A stretch of DNA of 64,000 nt. It comes from Candidatus Uhrbacteria bacterium (GTDB taxonomy: Bacteria > Patescibacteriota > Patescibacteriia > UBA9934). Positions 1 through 10,587 of the stretch are shown piece by piece. The number at the start of each line of letters is the position of its first letter. Within the stretch, counting starts at the first letter, position 1. The notes under the pieces are model-generated. The model ran no database searches. It saw only the letters and a list, made by a program, of their open reading frames with translations, and had not been told where the DNA came from. Both the position numbers and the translations under genes were made by a program. The DNA is taken from the NCBI GenBank assembly GCA_903827265.1, contig CAIKHN010000019.1, forward strand, positions 11,814 through 75,813. Direction: 5' to 3'.

Positions 1-2702
1 TCGCCACGAGCCTTTGAAATATTCGCGCGTTTTGATTCTGCGGTAACCGATTTACCCATAACCTCCAACGCCTTTTCAGCATCAACCGCCTCTGATGTTC
101 CGGCTTTTTCAGCAATAACTCGCTGCAATCTGCGAATGTCGTCTTTCTTTGTTGCACCAGCAACGGCGAACGATGCGGCGTTTGGCGCGTCGGTAACTTG
201 CGAATCAAAGAATCGTGCAGTTTTCGAATCCGCAGTAACCATTGCATTTGCGCGGGTAACAATTGATGGTGGGTTTTTCGTATCAGCATCGGCACCAAAT
301 GTTGTTGACATCGCCGCGAATTCTGCACCAAGAACATCGCCAGTGGAGTACACAGCTTTTCCATCTTTTTTGTAGTTCAACAATGCTGCAGACGCCGCGC
401 CATGAACAGACCCCGGCAAACCACCCGCGTTTGGCTGATTCAAACGCTCAATGATTGCCGCACGACGACTATCATCACCGTCGGCAACCGCATGAGCACG
501 AACGAGGGACGCGACGCTTTGCACGCCTTTTTCCGCACTTCGAACATCCTCAACAGAGATCATCGCAACAAGAGCATCACGCTGAGCGATCGTTCCCTTT
601 CCGGATTCCAAATCTGCCCAGACCGACGACTCAACTCCATCTCTATCCTTACGCGTAAATGATTCCATCGCTTTACGTGCATCAGGATCCGCAAATGCAT
701 TTGTACTAATAGCACCAACGTTGAGACGTTTCTTGTCTTCCATTTTCTGGAAGTGTTCCATAATCATGTCCACCTTCGACTTATCGCCCTTTGCCTTAAT
801 AAGGTGCGGATTTGCGGTGTATGTGTCTTCGATAGAATCTTTTTCCTCACCAGAAAGCTGCAAAAACGCTTTGCCTTCATCAGTTGAGGCAAACGCGAGC
901 TCTTGCGCCATAACCGCGTTGTAATCCTTTGCAGCAAGCTCCTTGTAATTCTTTGCACCAGCATCTTTGTACTTCTTCTCGTATTCCTCGCGAAGCTTCT
1001 TTTGTGCCTTTTCCTTTGTGACCAGCTCTTTTGTACGTGCACCATGCACTTCTCCGCCGAACTGCGCGAGAACGCCATTTCCAGCAGAGACCCGATTCTT
1101 CGCTTCTTTAATACGAGCGTTTGCCTCGACAATATCCGCCTCAGCAAGTCTCTTCTGATCATCACTACTTTTCTCGTTCTTCAACACCTCTTGCGCCTTG
1201 AGAATACTTGCGTTTCCGGCAGCGACGTCAGCGTCACCAGCCGCAATATCAGCTTTTGCCAAGTTGTACGCCGTCTTCTGGTCATCGGTCATGTGCTCAG
1301 CAACTTCCGCTCCAGCCTTATTCAACTTCTTACGCTCTTCTTTCCCCTCATTCGCTACAAAAGCTCCGGCACTTGCGAATGTACCGCCAATCGCGCTTGC
1401 AACAACGCCGCCACCGAGTTTTTTACTTAAGCCTGTTCCCGCATTCGCCAAGCCTTTTCCAAATTGTTGTGTTAAGCCTGGAGCAACTTTTGCCAAACCA
1501 GGGACCTCAACACCGCCAACTTTTCCGCCCTTCACACCAAACTGTCCAAGTCGTTTTGCGCTATTCACTGGCCGAGCAAGACCCTTCAGCAATCCTTTTC
1601 CCATCCCTTCACTCAAGGCACTCGCTGCCCAGCCACCCAACGCTCCAGCGCTTGCCGACGCCTGCTGCATACCAGCAAGCAAAATTGCGAGCGCCAAGAA
1701 CATACCAAGAAAATTGTTCAAATCGAACATCTTTAACGGAATTCCGGCATCGCCTTGCGTTTCTGGCATTGGAAAATCTTCAGTTTGCGCGAGGTTCGAT
1801 CCCGACGACGCCGCAAGGGCAAGCCACAAGAAAAACACCATCGTTGGTCCAAAAATCAGCGCACTCGTGAACTTTGACCACCATGTTTTATAGCTCGACT
1901 CTGCCGCATGAAATACATCCTTCACCCCAACCATGAAAAATGCCAACGGCGACATGATGATTAACACCCACAAGATGACGATACGCCACACAAACGCCGC
2001 AGCAAGAAGGAAAATAACGCCAAGAATTCCCAGGAGCACCACAAACTGCAAATATGCCGCCATCAAAAACTCGAATGCTTCCAATCCTGTGCCCTTTGCA
2101 TTAATCTTCTCGATAAAATCTGCACCGAACTGTCCAAATGTATTCAAACTTAACATCGACGCAAAATTTCCAGCAGCAATAGAAACGATCGCGTTCACGA
2201 AGGTGAACATGATTACTTGGCTGACGTCGATGAGGAATCCGCAAATAAGCTTACTGAAGTTTACAAGCACGATGGCGATGAAGAGTTTTGGAAGCTGCTG
2301 CGTCCAGTTTGCAGCGGAGTATCCAATAATGGTCATGATCGCAATCACCATGAGCACCGCAACGACGAACATATTCACCACATCCCGAACAAGCGACCAA
2401 CCAAGGTTCGTAATGTGGCTATTATAAAAACCGTTGTAGCCCAACACCGGAATAACAACCATTTGAATTAACGCGAGCGTTGCCTGACCAATAGCGCCAG
2501 TAATCACCTGAACAATGCCCGCAAGCGTGATCATGGTGGTGTCGATCGGGTTTGTTGCGAACTTTGTAAACAGCTCGCTCACAGCGAACGAGTAATGGAA
2601 TGGAACCGCCAAAAGCAACACCGCTATTGCAAGCGCTGTTGCTGCTTTGTGATGTGTAAACCAATTCGCCATCCACCGAACACACGCCGTGAACTTCCGC
2701 AT
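1..2702 (-). CDS. Large polytopic membrane protein, start in window, C-terminus beyond the window edge (>=900 aa). About 330 aa with at least 6 predicted TM helices, then a long hydrophilic K/A/E/D-rich region. Architecture loosely like TrbL/VirB6 proteins; family not established
   Basis: ATG at 2702..2700 (MRKFTACVRWMANWF...). I hand-verified that the minus-strand frame stays open at 2480-2400, 960-894 and 59-1. It is absent from the ORF track because there is no in-window stop. The plus-strand ORFs over this span translate to A/P/S-rich antisense junk. Confidence 0.55.
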   Translation of the reverse strand, partial: MRKFTACVRWMANWFTHHKAATALAIAVLLLAVPFHYSFAVSELFTKFATNPIDTTMITLAGIVQVITGAIGQATLALIQMVVIPVLGYNGFYNSHITNLGWSLVRDVVNMFVVAVLMVIAIMTIIGYSAANWTQQLPKLFIAIVLVNFSKLICGFLIDVSQVIMFTFVNAIVSIAAGNFASMLSLNTFGQFGADFIEKINAKGTGLEAFEFLMAAYLQFVVLLGILGVIFLLAAAFVWRIVILWVLIIMSPLAFFMVGVKDVFHAAESSYKTWWSKFTSALIFGPTMVFFLWLALAASSGSNLAQTEDFPMPETQGDAGIPLKMFDLNNFLGMFLALAILLAGMQQASASAGALGGWAASALSEGMGKGLLKGLARPVNSAKRLGQFGVKGGKVGGVEVPGLAKVAPGLTQQFGKGLANAGTGLSKKLGGGVVASAIGGTFASAGAFVANEGKEERKKLNKAGAEVAEHMTDDQKTAYNLAKADIAAGDADVAAGNASILKAQEVLKNEKSSDDQKRLAEADIVEANARIKEAKNRVSAGNGVLAQFGGEVHGARTKELVTKEKAQKKLREEYEKKYKDAGAKNYKELAAKDYNAVMAQELAFASTDEGKAFLQLSGEEKDSIEDTYTANPHLIKAKGDKSKVDMIMEHFQKMEDKKRLNVGAISTNAFADPDARKAMESFTRKDRDGVESSVWADLESGKGTIAQRDALVAMISVEDVRSAEKGVQSVASLVRAHAVADGDDSRRAAIIERLNQPNAGGLPGSVHGAASAALLNYKKDGKAVYSTGDVLGAEFAAMSTTFGADADTKNPPSIVTRANAMVTADSKTARFFDSQVTDAPNAASFAVAGATKKDDIRRLQRVIAEKAGTSEAVDAEKALEVMGKSVTAESKRANISKARG

Positions 2703-2719
2703 ACGAAAGAAAGTATAAC

Positions 2720-3823
2720 ATGATTATACTAGAGTTCATGACCTCTCCATACACCGTCGCTCTCGCAAATGTTCCAGGCTTCGGGCCAAAAACAAACGCC
2801 CTACTTTTTGAACATTTTTCCGACGCAAAGGATGCGTGGAACGCTACGCGCGATGAGCTTTTGTCCCTCGGCGCTCGCCAACACGACGTTCAAAAATTCA
2901 TCCTGCTCCGTCAAACATGCGATCCACTCGTATTTGCAGAAACGATGGAGCGTCATGGCATTCGCGCAATAACGATTCATGACGACGAATATCCGGAGAT
3001 GTTAAAAACCATCCACACACCGCCAGCACTCCTCTTTGTGAAAGGAGCATTGCCTCCGCAAACCAAAAAACATCTCGCAATTGTGGGATCGCGACACGCT
3101 ACCGCCTACGGACTTCGCACTGCGAAAAAAATTGCCAGCGATTGCGCAAATGCTGGAATCGTTATTGTCAGCGGTTTAGCGTATGGAATCGACCAAGCCG
3201 CACACCGCGGAACTCTTGAGGTGCACGGCATCACGATCGCCGTGCTCGGGTCAGGTTTTCTCGGAATTGATAACCCACGCCACCAGGAACTCGGTGATGC
3301 AATTCTTGCAGGAGGCGGAGCAATCATTTCCGAATTTGGATTCACGACTCCTCCATACAAATATAATTTTCCTATCCGGAATAGAATTGTTGCCGGGATG
3401 TGCCACGGTACACTTGCGGTTGAAGCAGGGATTCCCTCAGGCACGCTTATCACCACAACATCAGCAACCGAGGAAAACCGCGAAGTCTTTGCGGTTCCGG
3501 GCATGATTGATTCTGCAAAAAGCAAGGGAACAAATGATCTTCTGAAAAATGGAGCCCATTTCGTTACCGAGGCCAGAGACATTTTTGAAGTCTTCGGCAT
3601 GAATGTCGCCCCCCAAGCAAGCGCGACCGCCTTTTTGCCTATTGGTCGGCCACCAGACGAAATTGCTCTTTTCGCTCAACTTGGCGCCGAACCCGTTCAT
3701 ATCGACGTCGCCATCGAAAAGGCGGGGCTCGCGACAACTGCAGGCTCAATTGCACTAACAGGCCTAGAGTTATTGGGGGTTATTGAAGATATCGGCGGGA
3801 AGCAATTTGTACGGAAGAATTGA
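2720..3823 (+). CDS. dprA: DNA processing protein DprA (Smf family)
   Basis: 367-aa ORF. Contains LAIVGSRHATAYG...SGLAYGIDQAAHRG, the Rossmann-like core typical of DprA. It lies immediately upstream of topA, as in many bacteria. Confidence 0.85.
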   Translation: MIILEFMTSPYTVALANVPGFGPKTNALLFEHFSDAKDAWNATRDELLSLGARQHDVQKFILLRQTCDPLVFAETMERHGIRAITIHDDEYPEMLKTIHTPPALLFVKGALPPQTKKHLAIVGSRHATAYGLRTAKKIASDCANAGIVIVSGLAYGIDQAAHRGTLEVHGITIAVLGSGFLGIDNPRHQELGDAILAGGGAIISEFGFTTPPYKYNFPIRNRIVAGMCHGTLAVEAGIPSGTLITTTSATEENREVFAVPGMIDSAKSKGTNDLLKNGAHFVTEARDIFEVFGMNVAPQASATAFLPIGRPPDEIALFAQLGAEPVHIDVAIEKAGLATTAGSIALTGLELLGVIEDIGGKQFVRKN

Positions 3824-3860
3824 GGAAAAGCCCGTTATTGTGCTATCGTCCGCATCATCT

Positions 3861-6143
3861 ATGTCAAAGCTTCTCATTGTTGAGTCTCCAACCAAGGCCA
3901 AAACCATCACCAAATTCCTTGGTCGCGAGTACAAAGTCATCTCATCATTTGGCCATATTCGTGACCTGCCAAAAAAGAGCACTGCAGTCGACGTGAAGCA
4001 CGGCTTTGCCCCAACATACGAAATTCCAGTCGATAAAAAGGACAAAGTAAAGGCGCTAAAGGACGCAGCAAAAGGTGTTGACGACATTTACCTCGCAACC
4101 GACGAAGACCGCGAAGGAGAGGCGATCGCCTGGCATATTGCGGAAGTCTTAAAGCTCGATCCTACAACCGCAAAACGCATTACGTTCCACGAAATTACCA
4201 AATCCGCTATTGCCGAAGCGCTCGACCACACTCGACGTATCGACATGCGAATGGTGGATGCGCAGCAAACGCGCCGCATTCTCGATCGCTTGGTCGGTTA
4301 CGAACTCTCTCCTCTTTTGTGGAGCAAGGTGCAACGCGGACTTTCTGCCGGTCGCGTGCAGTCTGTCGCGGTCCGATTGGTTGTTGAGCGTGAACGCGAA
4401 CGCCAGGCATTCAAAACCGACGAATACTGGAGCGTCGAGGCGATCCTTTCGAAATCGAACAGCGAATTCCCAACAAAACTCGTTGCGATCGGCGATCGCA
4501 AGATTGATAAGCTCGATATTAAAACTCAAGCGGAATCCGACGCTGTTGTTTCTGCAGTGCGCGATGCAGACTTCGTTGTGAAGTCGATCGAGAAAAAAGC
4601 AGCGAGTCGCAAGGCTCCAACGCCGCTGACCACATCGACCATGCAACAAGAGGCGTACAACCGTCTTGGCATGAGCGCAAAGCAAACCATGACGCTTTCG
4701 CAAAAACTTTACGAGACCGGTCGCATCACGTACATGCGAACCGATTCGACGAATTTGAGTGAGCAATTTATCACCGCAACACAAGCATTCATTCAGGCGC
4801 AGTGGGGCAACGACCTCGTCACCGGCGGCGTCCGATATCAGACAAACAAAAAAGGTGCGCAAGAAGCGCATGAAGCGATTCGTCCAACCGACGTTAACGC
4901 AACACCAGAAAGCCTTCGCGCCGAGCTCGAGCCTGGCATGTGGAAGCTGTACGACCTTCTGTGGCGCCGAACCGTTGCATCGCAATTGCCAAGTGCAAAA
5001 CTTGAACGCACCGCGATCGACTTTACCGCGAATAATCACACCTTCCGCGGCAACGGCAGTATTGTTGTCTTTGAAGGCTTCATGAAGGTTTGGCAGGCAT
5101 CAGAAGATAAAATTCTGCCAACACTTTCTGAGGGAGAGAATATTGGCAAAGCAGCAAGCGTTACCCCAGAACAGCATTTCACCGAACCTCCAGCACGCTA
5201 TTCCGATGCGTCGCTCATTAAAGTCATGGAAGAGTACGGCATCGGTCGTCCTTCCACCTACGCACCAACATTAAACACTATCGAAACGCGAGGCTACGTG
5301 TTGCGTGACGATGGAAAGCGACTGTACCCATCCGATATCGCATTCGTCGTTACCGATCTTTTAAAGGAGCATTTCCCACAAATCGTCGATTACGACTTTA
5401 CGGCAACCATGGAACGGAAGCTCGACCAAATTGCAGAAGGCGAGGAAAAGTGGAAGGAGGTGTTGGGCGATTTCTACGGTCCGTTTCATGAAGCAATTAT
5501 TGGCAAAGGCGCAGAGCTCACTCGAGAAACCGTCATGAAAGTGACGGAAATCGGCATCGATCCTGAAAGCGGGAAAATGATCGTCGCGCGCACCGGACGA
5601 TTCGGTCCGTTCGTACAAGTTGGCGAACTTTCACCAGACAAAAACGCCGAAAAACCAAAGCGCGCGAGCCTGGAAAAAAACCAAACCATCGACACGCTTA
5701 CGCTCGATCAAGCACTCAAATTGCTTTCCCTCCCTCGAACGCTCGGCAAACACACCAATGGCGACGAAATTGTGGCGAACGTTGGACGTTTTGGCCCGTA
5801 CTTAAAGTGCGGCGCAATCAACATCACATTGCCACCGGAATTCCACCCTGCAACCGTAAGCATCGAACAAGCAATTATGCTCTGCACCGACGGCGTCGCA
5901 AAGAAAATTAAGGCCATGACTCCGCTTGCAGAGCTTGGCATTGAACCTGAAACGAAAGCGAATATCGTTATCAAAGATGGACGGTACGGCGCATACGTTA
6001 CCGACGGAAAAACAAACGCGACCATTCCGAAGGGCATTGATCCAAAAACGGTAACCCTCAATGATGCAATCGATCTTCTTGTGAAGAAGCGAAAAGCGCC
6101 AAAGAGCCGATGGAAGCGTAAATCATCAGGCGACGACGAATAA
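3861..6143 (+). CDS. topA: DNA topoisomerase I
   Basis: MSKLLIVESPTKAKTITKFLG...SFGHIRDLP Toprim N-terminus, with a long body and C-terminal repeats. The track's start at 3783 is an upstream in-frame extension; the conserved N-terminus begins at the ATG at 3861. Confidence 0.93.
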   Translation: MSKLLIVESPTKAKTITKFLGREYKVISSFGHIRDLPKKSTAVDVKHGFAPTYEIPVDKKDKVKALKDAAKGVDDIYLATDEDREGEAIAWHIAEVLKLDPTTAKRITFHEITKSAIAEALDHTRRIDMRMVDAQQTRRILDRLVGYELSPLLWSKVQRGLSAGRVQSVAVRLVVERERERQAFKTDEYWSVEAILSKSNSEFPTKLVAIGDRKIDKLDIKTQAESDAVVSAVRDADFVVKSIEKKAASRKAPTPLTTSTMQQEAYNRLGMSAKQTMTLSQKLYETGRITYMRTDSTNLSEQFITATQAFIQAQWGNDLVTGGVRYQTNKKGAQEAHEAIRPTDVNATPESLRAELEPGMWKLYDLLWRRTVASQLPSAKLERTAIDFTANNHTFRGNGSIVVFEGFMKVWQASEDKILPTLSEGENIGKAASVTPEQHFTEPPARYSDASLIKVMEEYGIGRPSTYAPTLNTIETRGYVLRDDGKRLYPSDIAFVVTDLLKEHFPQIVDYDFTATMERKLDQIAEGEEKWKEVLGDFYGPFHEAIIGKGAELTRETVMKVTEIGIDPESGKMIVARTGRFGPFVQVGELSPDKNAEKPKRASLEKNQTIDTLTLDQALKLLSLPRTLGKHTNGDEIVANVGRFGPYLKCGAINITLPPEFHPATVSIEQAIMLCTDGVAKKIKAMTPLAELGIEPETKANIVIKDGRYGAYVTDGKTNATIPKGIDPKTVTLNDAIDLLVKKRKAPKSRWKRKSSGDDE

Positions 6144-6178
6144 CAAAACACGCGAGCCGTTTGGCTCGCGTGTTTGTT

Positions 6179-9100
6179 TTATGCTTCGCGTCGAGCGGCA
6201 CGCTCGAACGCCGGAAGTATGGTGTCGATTGCATTTTGAATCTGCTGCCGCGTCTCAAGCGCAGCGTACCGAAGCGACGGACCAGAACCGTCACTAATTG
6301 CCGCACGAATTCCCGGCAATGCATCTGCCTGACCGCCGAGCGCGATATACGCCATTCCCACCGCTGTTCCGAGTGTATTCACCGCATCGCCAAGGTTTGG
6401 AGCAATAACCCCTCGATTCCTGAATTGTTCTGATATCGGTCCCCACGTTGCATTCCACGCATTGCGGAATACATCAGCAGTGTTCTCAATAAACGATGCG
6501 TCCGGATCTGCCTTTGCTGCTGATTCGAATCGCTGCATGAACGAAATAGCTGCATACGATGCGCCACGAAGCGTTTCTGCCATCGGCAAATCACCAACAG
6601 TCCCAAATAACCACAACATTGAGTTTATCCCTTCTTTTGCGACTTCGCGGTCGGTTATGATTGCTTTTACTTTATTCACAACAACCTTCGCGACCTCTGC
6701 GTCTCTTTCCTTTGTATCATTCTCTGTTCCTCGTTGATAGATTGCCGCGAGATCAAGAATTTGCTCCTTCATTTCTGCTTTTTCCGCGTTGGTCAAATAT
6801 GGCGACATTGCGATTGCGCGCTCGACACGCTTTCCCGCATCAAAATTTGCTTGCACAACTTGCTCAGGAGCTGATCCTGATTTTTTCGCAATTCGCACAT
6901 TCGCCTCAAGCACGCTCTTCAGTGAAGCGAACAATTCCGTCTGCTCTTCTCGTACAAAGTGCTCCTGTGAGAGATACATTCCAATATTCGCAAAGATCTT
7001 CACCGGAAAAACTGTTGCGAGTGCACTAATAACACCTCCAGCGACGCGAATCTTCTTTTCATCCTCTGTCAGCTGTCTTCCTTCACGTTCATTTCGCGTT
7101 CGCTGGCCGGTCATCTTTTCCACCGCGTAATCGCCAATCGCTCCCCCACCAAACCAACCCCGAATGCGCCTTGCCCAGCCCGAAACACGTTCCTCGGGAT
7201 ATTTTGGCGCCTCAGAACGCTCTGTCATCTCTCGACTCGTTGGCGCTGCAAGAACTTCAGGCGCCGCTGAAGCCGAAGACCTACGACTCGGTTCAGGAGT
7301 AACGGGCCGAAGTCGCGGCGGAGTTCGAGGAGCACTCGGAACGTTAAAACGATCAAGCGCAGGAAGAGACTCGACAGGCTCCGGAGAATACGTAACCTCA
7401 ACTGTTGTTGGAGTACGTTTAAGCGTTTCAACTGGTTTTACTATAGGAAACGCTCGACGAACTGGAACTACAGGCCTTGGAACCGGAGGAAGATCCGACA
7501 ATTCATGAACGACTACCGCAAAATCTTCTTTGGTCCACCCCGGGAATGCCTTCTTCAATTCCTCCTGGAACGGATCCGCGCTTACCCCACCTTTCGCCCA
7601 CAAGCTGTACAACGCCTTCATTTCTTCAAACTCCTCACGCGCGCCAACATAGCTTTCATCGATCGCTGCCTGACGAAGGTAATTCAGATGATCGAGCAAC
7701 ACGCTCTGATCCTCAATCGATGGCCGTTCGACTCGAACTTCAACCGGAGCCTCGGGCAAAGCTACAATCGGAACTTCGATCGGAGCTTCTGGCTCTAATC
7801 GCGCCGCGAATTTCTCACGAACCTCTCCGATGAGCAATTCAAGCTCGTTGATGCTCTGAAATGTTGCCGCAATACGGAGAAAATCTTGCACGCAATCTTC
7901 TCGCAAATCCTCGAGCGAATTCATCGTCGGCTGTAAAGCGCCTTCTCGGATTTGGCGAACAAGCACCACGAGCCTATTCATTCGTTTTGATTTCAATACG
8001 TCTGGCTTCCAGAAGACGTCATCGGCAAAGAGATTGCGAATCTGCTTTTCCTGGCGCGTTGCGAGTTCTTTTCGATTGTCCTTCTTTTGCTCTGGCGGCG
8101 CTTCTCCAACATCCAATGCCGCCAAACGCTCCGCGAGCGTTGCAAAATCCTCAGGCTCCCAACCGTCGTATTCACGTGCGTCGCCACTATCGATATCTTC
8201 AGTTTCAAGATCGTCGTCAGCACCCTCTGATGCGCTACCCGACATTCGTTTTACACGTTGTTTTTCGACGATCGCATCAATTTCTGCGCTTGTTGGTCGT
8301 CGCGGCTTTTCAACAGCAGCAACAACGGGAGCAGCCTCTGGCGTTGGTGTTTCTGTTTGCGTCTCTGGCGCTGAAGCTGCAGACGGCAGAACACTTCGCG
8401 ACTTAAACACTCGCGGAACGTTTGGAATTTTCTCCATCAATCCTGGATTTTCTGCAAACAAGGCAGCAATCTCTGCTTCTAACCTTTTTCGTTCAACCTG
8501 AAACTCTTCAACATTCGAAGCGTTATCTGACTGCGCTCTTCGTAATGCGGCTCCAAGAGCGTTGTACTCAACCACCATGCGCTTCGCTTTCGAAACGAGT
8601 AGATCTTCCGGTGATTTTTCATGACGCGGCTGAGAAGCTCGCTCAAGAAATTCCTGAGGAGCAGGAAGCTCGAGTTTTAACGAAAGCCATTCGCCAACCA
8701 CATTGCGCAGCACTTCCGGAACTCTACTCACTTCAAGCGCATGTTCGATCTTTTCCTGTTTCTCTCCGGTTGCGCGCAATGCCTCAATATACACATCGCG
8801 CAGCGCAATTTCCCGACGACGCATGTCAGGCTGCGTCCAACCCTCTGCATGAAGCACCGCATCCCACGCAGCGTCCACCTCTGAAAGGAAGCGGCTCTTC
8901 TCTTTCCGTTGGACCGCTTGCATGACCCCACACTGCTTAACCACAGTGAAGAAATCAAATTCTTCACGACTAAATGCTTTTAGCGCAACGTCATCTGTAA
9001 TTTTCCCCTTTAAAAAATCGCTAATCGTTGCAACACGGCTGTCGTATGCTTCCTTTGGAAGATCCGAATGCCGAGCAAAATCCGTACCAAATACGAGGTA

Positions 9101-10576
9101 TTCAAGATCGCTATGAACTTTTCCCAACACTGCGCCATTCTTTAACGCATCAGGAGCCAAGAACCCGCGAACAGCGTTGAGCATTCCCGTAATATCTCTG
9201 TCAGCGTCTACCGCAAAAGGGTCAATCGCAGCCTCCTTTCCTTCTCCAATTTTTGGAGCAAGCTTACGAAGATCGATCCAATCTCGCTTCAACTTCTCGA
9301 GACCGTTCAACACTTTTTCCATTGCCGCAATACGCTCATCATCACTCAATAGGCGTGCATCGAGTAATGCAACTCCTTCTCGGGCAATACGAAGCAAAAA
9401 ACCAGGGAATTCATTTTCCCAACGTTCTTTGTTCTGTTCCGCCTGCGCTTTCTTCTCCTCTTCCTTCTGGCGCATTTTCTCCAAATTCTGCGCAGCAACC
9501 GCCTCCATCTCCGCAAGTTCCGCCTGACGAAGTGCATGACTCTGCTCTTTCAACTCTCCGTCACGAGCCTTCCCTTTGCCCTCGATTTGATCTCGCATTG
9601 CACGAGATCTTGCCGCGAGGTCTCCCCATTCTCGTGGGATTCTCTCGAACGTTTTCATGATTGGCAGAACCTGCTCTTTCCACTCTTTGCTGTATTGCAC
9701 GTACTCGCGTTCCACAGCTTGAAGCGCCGTTCTTGCAGCAGCAATCTCTTCTTTTGTCGCAATCGGCAATGCGATTGCTTCGGCCATCTTTGCTGGAAGA
9801 CTTTGAATTTTTTCATCAAACGCATTCATGACAGCGAATCCATTTTGCCATTCGACAAACTCTTTACGTTTCTTCTCAAGAAAGCCCGCGAAAATCACAA
9901 GCTGCTGTCGCGCCTCGACGAGCTCAGATGGCACATCTTTCCCATTCGCTTCACACTCCTGAACTTTGAGTTCGATTTGATCATCCCAATGCCGAATAAT
10001 CGCAGCGATCGCATCAAACTCCCCCTCTACTTTGTCGAGTGGGAGATTATGGACCCCGGCAATTTGCGCATCAAGCGCTTCAAAAATTTCACCCCACGAT
10101 ACCTCGCCTTCTCTTTGAGGCTTCTCTTTCTCCCTATACTGCTCCTCGTTTCTTCCACGACGTGATCGAGCGTCTTCACGGCCCTCGCGCCCCCCTTTCT
10201 TTCCACGTCGCCCTTTCTCACCCTCTCCGCTAGCGTTTTCATCGTTACCTTCCACAAGCGTCGCCGTCTTTAAGGCCTCAATAACTTCATCCAAAGGGCC
10301 CTGCACAAAAGCAAAAGCCATCTCTGTTGCCCTCTTTTGATCTTGATTATCCCACGTGACATTCTTCATCTTGCCCTTCTCGATGCCCCACGTTCGTGCG
10401 ATATCCTCAACAGTACCCTTATCTTCCACCGTACCCTTCCCCTTCTTAATGCGTTTTAAAATTGCACCGAGATCGTTCTCGAAATTCGAAGAACTCTTTT
10501 GGATTCGTTCTGCTAATTCAAATGCCATGCTCGGCTCTTCCCTGCCACTCATTCCAGGTCTTGATTCGTTTGCCAT
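6179..10576 (-). CDS. Hypothetical 1465-aa protein, highly charged (E/K/R-rich), coiled-coil and low-complexity. Has a proline-rich linker and a C-terminal ~250-aa globular-looking region
   Basis: Single uninterrupted ORF. The plus-strand ORFs over the same span are low-complexity antisense artefacts. No recognisable catalytic motif. Confidence 0.6.
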   Translation of the reverse strand: MANESRPGMSGREEPSMAFELAERIQKSSSNFENDLGAILKRIKKGKGTVEDKGTVEDIARTWGIEKGKMKNVTWDNQDQKRATEMAFAFVQGPLDEVIEALKTATLVEGNDENASGEGEKGRRGKKGGREGREDARSRRGRNEEQYREKEKPQREGEVSWGEIFEALDAQIAGVHNLPLDKVEGEFDAIAAIIRHWDDQIELKVQECEANGKDVPSELVEARQQLVIFAGFLEKKRKEFVEWQNGFAVMNAFDEKIQSLPAKMAEAIALPIATKEEIAAARTALQAVEREYVQYSKEWKEQVLPIMKTFERIPREWGDLAARSRAMRDQIEGKGKARDGELKEQSHALRQAELAEMEAVAAQNLEKMRQKEEEKKAQAEQNKERWENEFPGFLLRIAREGVALLDARLLSDDERIAAMEKVLNGLEKLKRDWIDLRKLAPKIGEGKEAAIDPFAVDADRDITGMLNAVRGFLAPDALKNGAVLGKVHSDLEYLVFGTDFARHSDLPKEAYDSRVATISDFLKGKITDDVALKAFSREEFDFFTVVKQCGVMQAVQRKEKSRFLSEVDAAWDAVLHAEGWTQPDMRRREIALRDVYIEALRATGEKQEKIEHALEVSRVPEVLRNVVGEWLSLKLELPAPQEFLERASQPRHEKSPEDLLVSKAKRMVVEYNALGAALRRAQSDNASNVEEFQVERKRLEAEIAALFAENPGLMEKIPNVPRVFKSRSVLPSAASAPETQTETPTPEAAPVVAAVEKPRRPTSAEIDAIVEKQRVKRMSGSASEGADDDLETEDIDSGDAREYDGWEPEDFATLAERLAALDVGEAPPEQKKDNRKELATRQEKQIRNLFADDVFWKPDVLKSKRMNRLVVLVRQIREGALQPTMNSLEDLREDCVQDFLRIAATFQSINELELLIGEVREKFAARLEPEAPIEVPIVALPEAPVEVRVERPSIEDQSVLLDHLNYLRQAAIDESYVGAREEFEEMKALYSLWAKGGVSADPFQEELKKAFPGWTKEDFAVVVHELSDLPPVPRPVVPVRRAFPIVKPVETLKRTPTTVEVTYSPEPVESLPALDRFNVPSAPRTPPRLRPVTPEPSRRSSASAAPEVLAAPTSREMTERSEAPKYPEERVSGWARRIRGWFGGGAIGDYAVEKMTGQRTRNEREGRQLTEDEKKIRVAGGVISALATVFPVKIFANIGMYLSQEHFVREEQTELFASLKSVLEANVRIAKKSGSAPEQVVQANFDAGKRVERAIAMSPYLTNAEKAEMKEQILDLAAIYQRGTENDTKERDAEVAKVVVNKVKAIITDREVAKEGINSMLWLFGTVGDLPMAETLRGASYAAISFMQRFESAAKADPDASFIENTADVFRNAWNATWGPISEQFRNRGVIAPNLGDAVNTLGTAVGMAYIALGGQADALPGIRAAISDGSGPSLRYAALETRQQIQNAIDTILPAFERAARREA

Positions 10577-10587
10577 ACAATATCAGC

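Noticed and set aside
136-2427. Plus-strand ORFs 136-375, 903-1430, 1198-1893 and 1933-2427, and minus-strand ORFs 764-1165 and 2422-2754
   Set aside because: Their translations are A/P/S/R-rich low-complexity sequence. They are antisense to, or out of frame with, the long minus-strand membrane-protein gene (1-2702), which I verified codon by codon.
4088-6151. Minus-strand ORFs (for example 4149-5039 at 296 aa, and 5708-6151) inside topA
   Set aside because: They lie fully inside the well-supported topA CDS on the opposite strand and show no motifs. Typical antisense ORFs.
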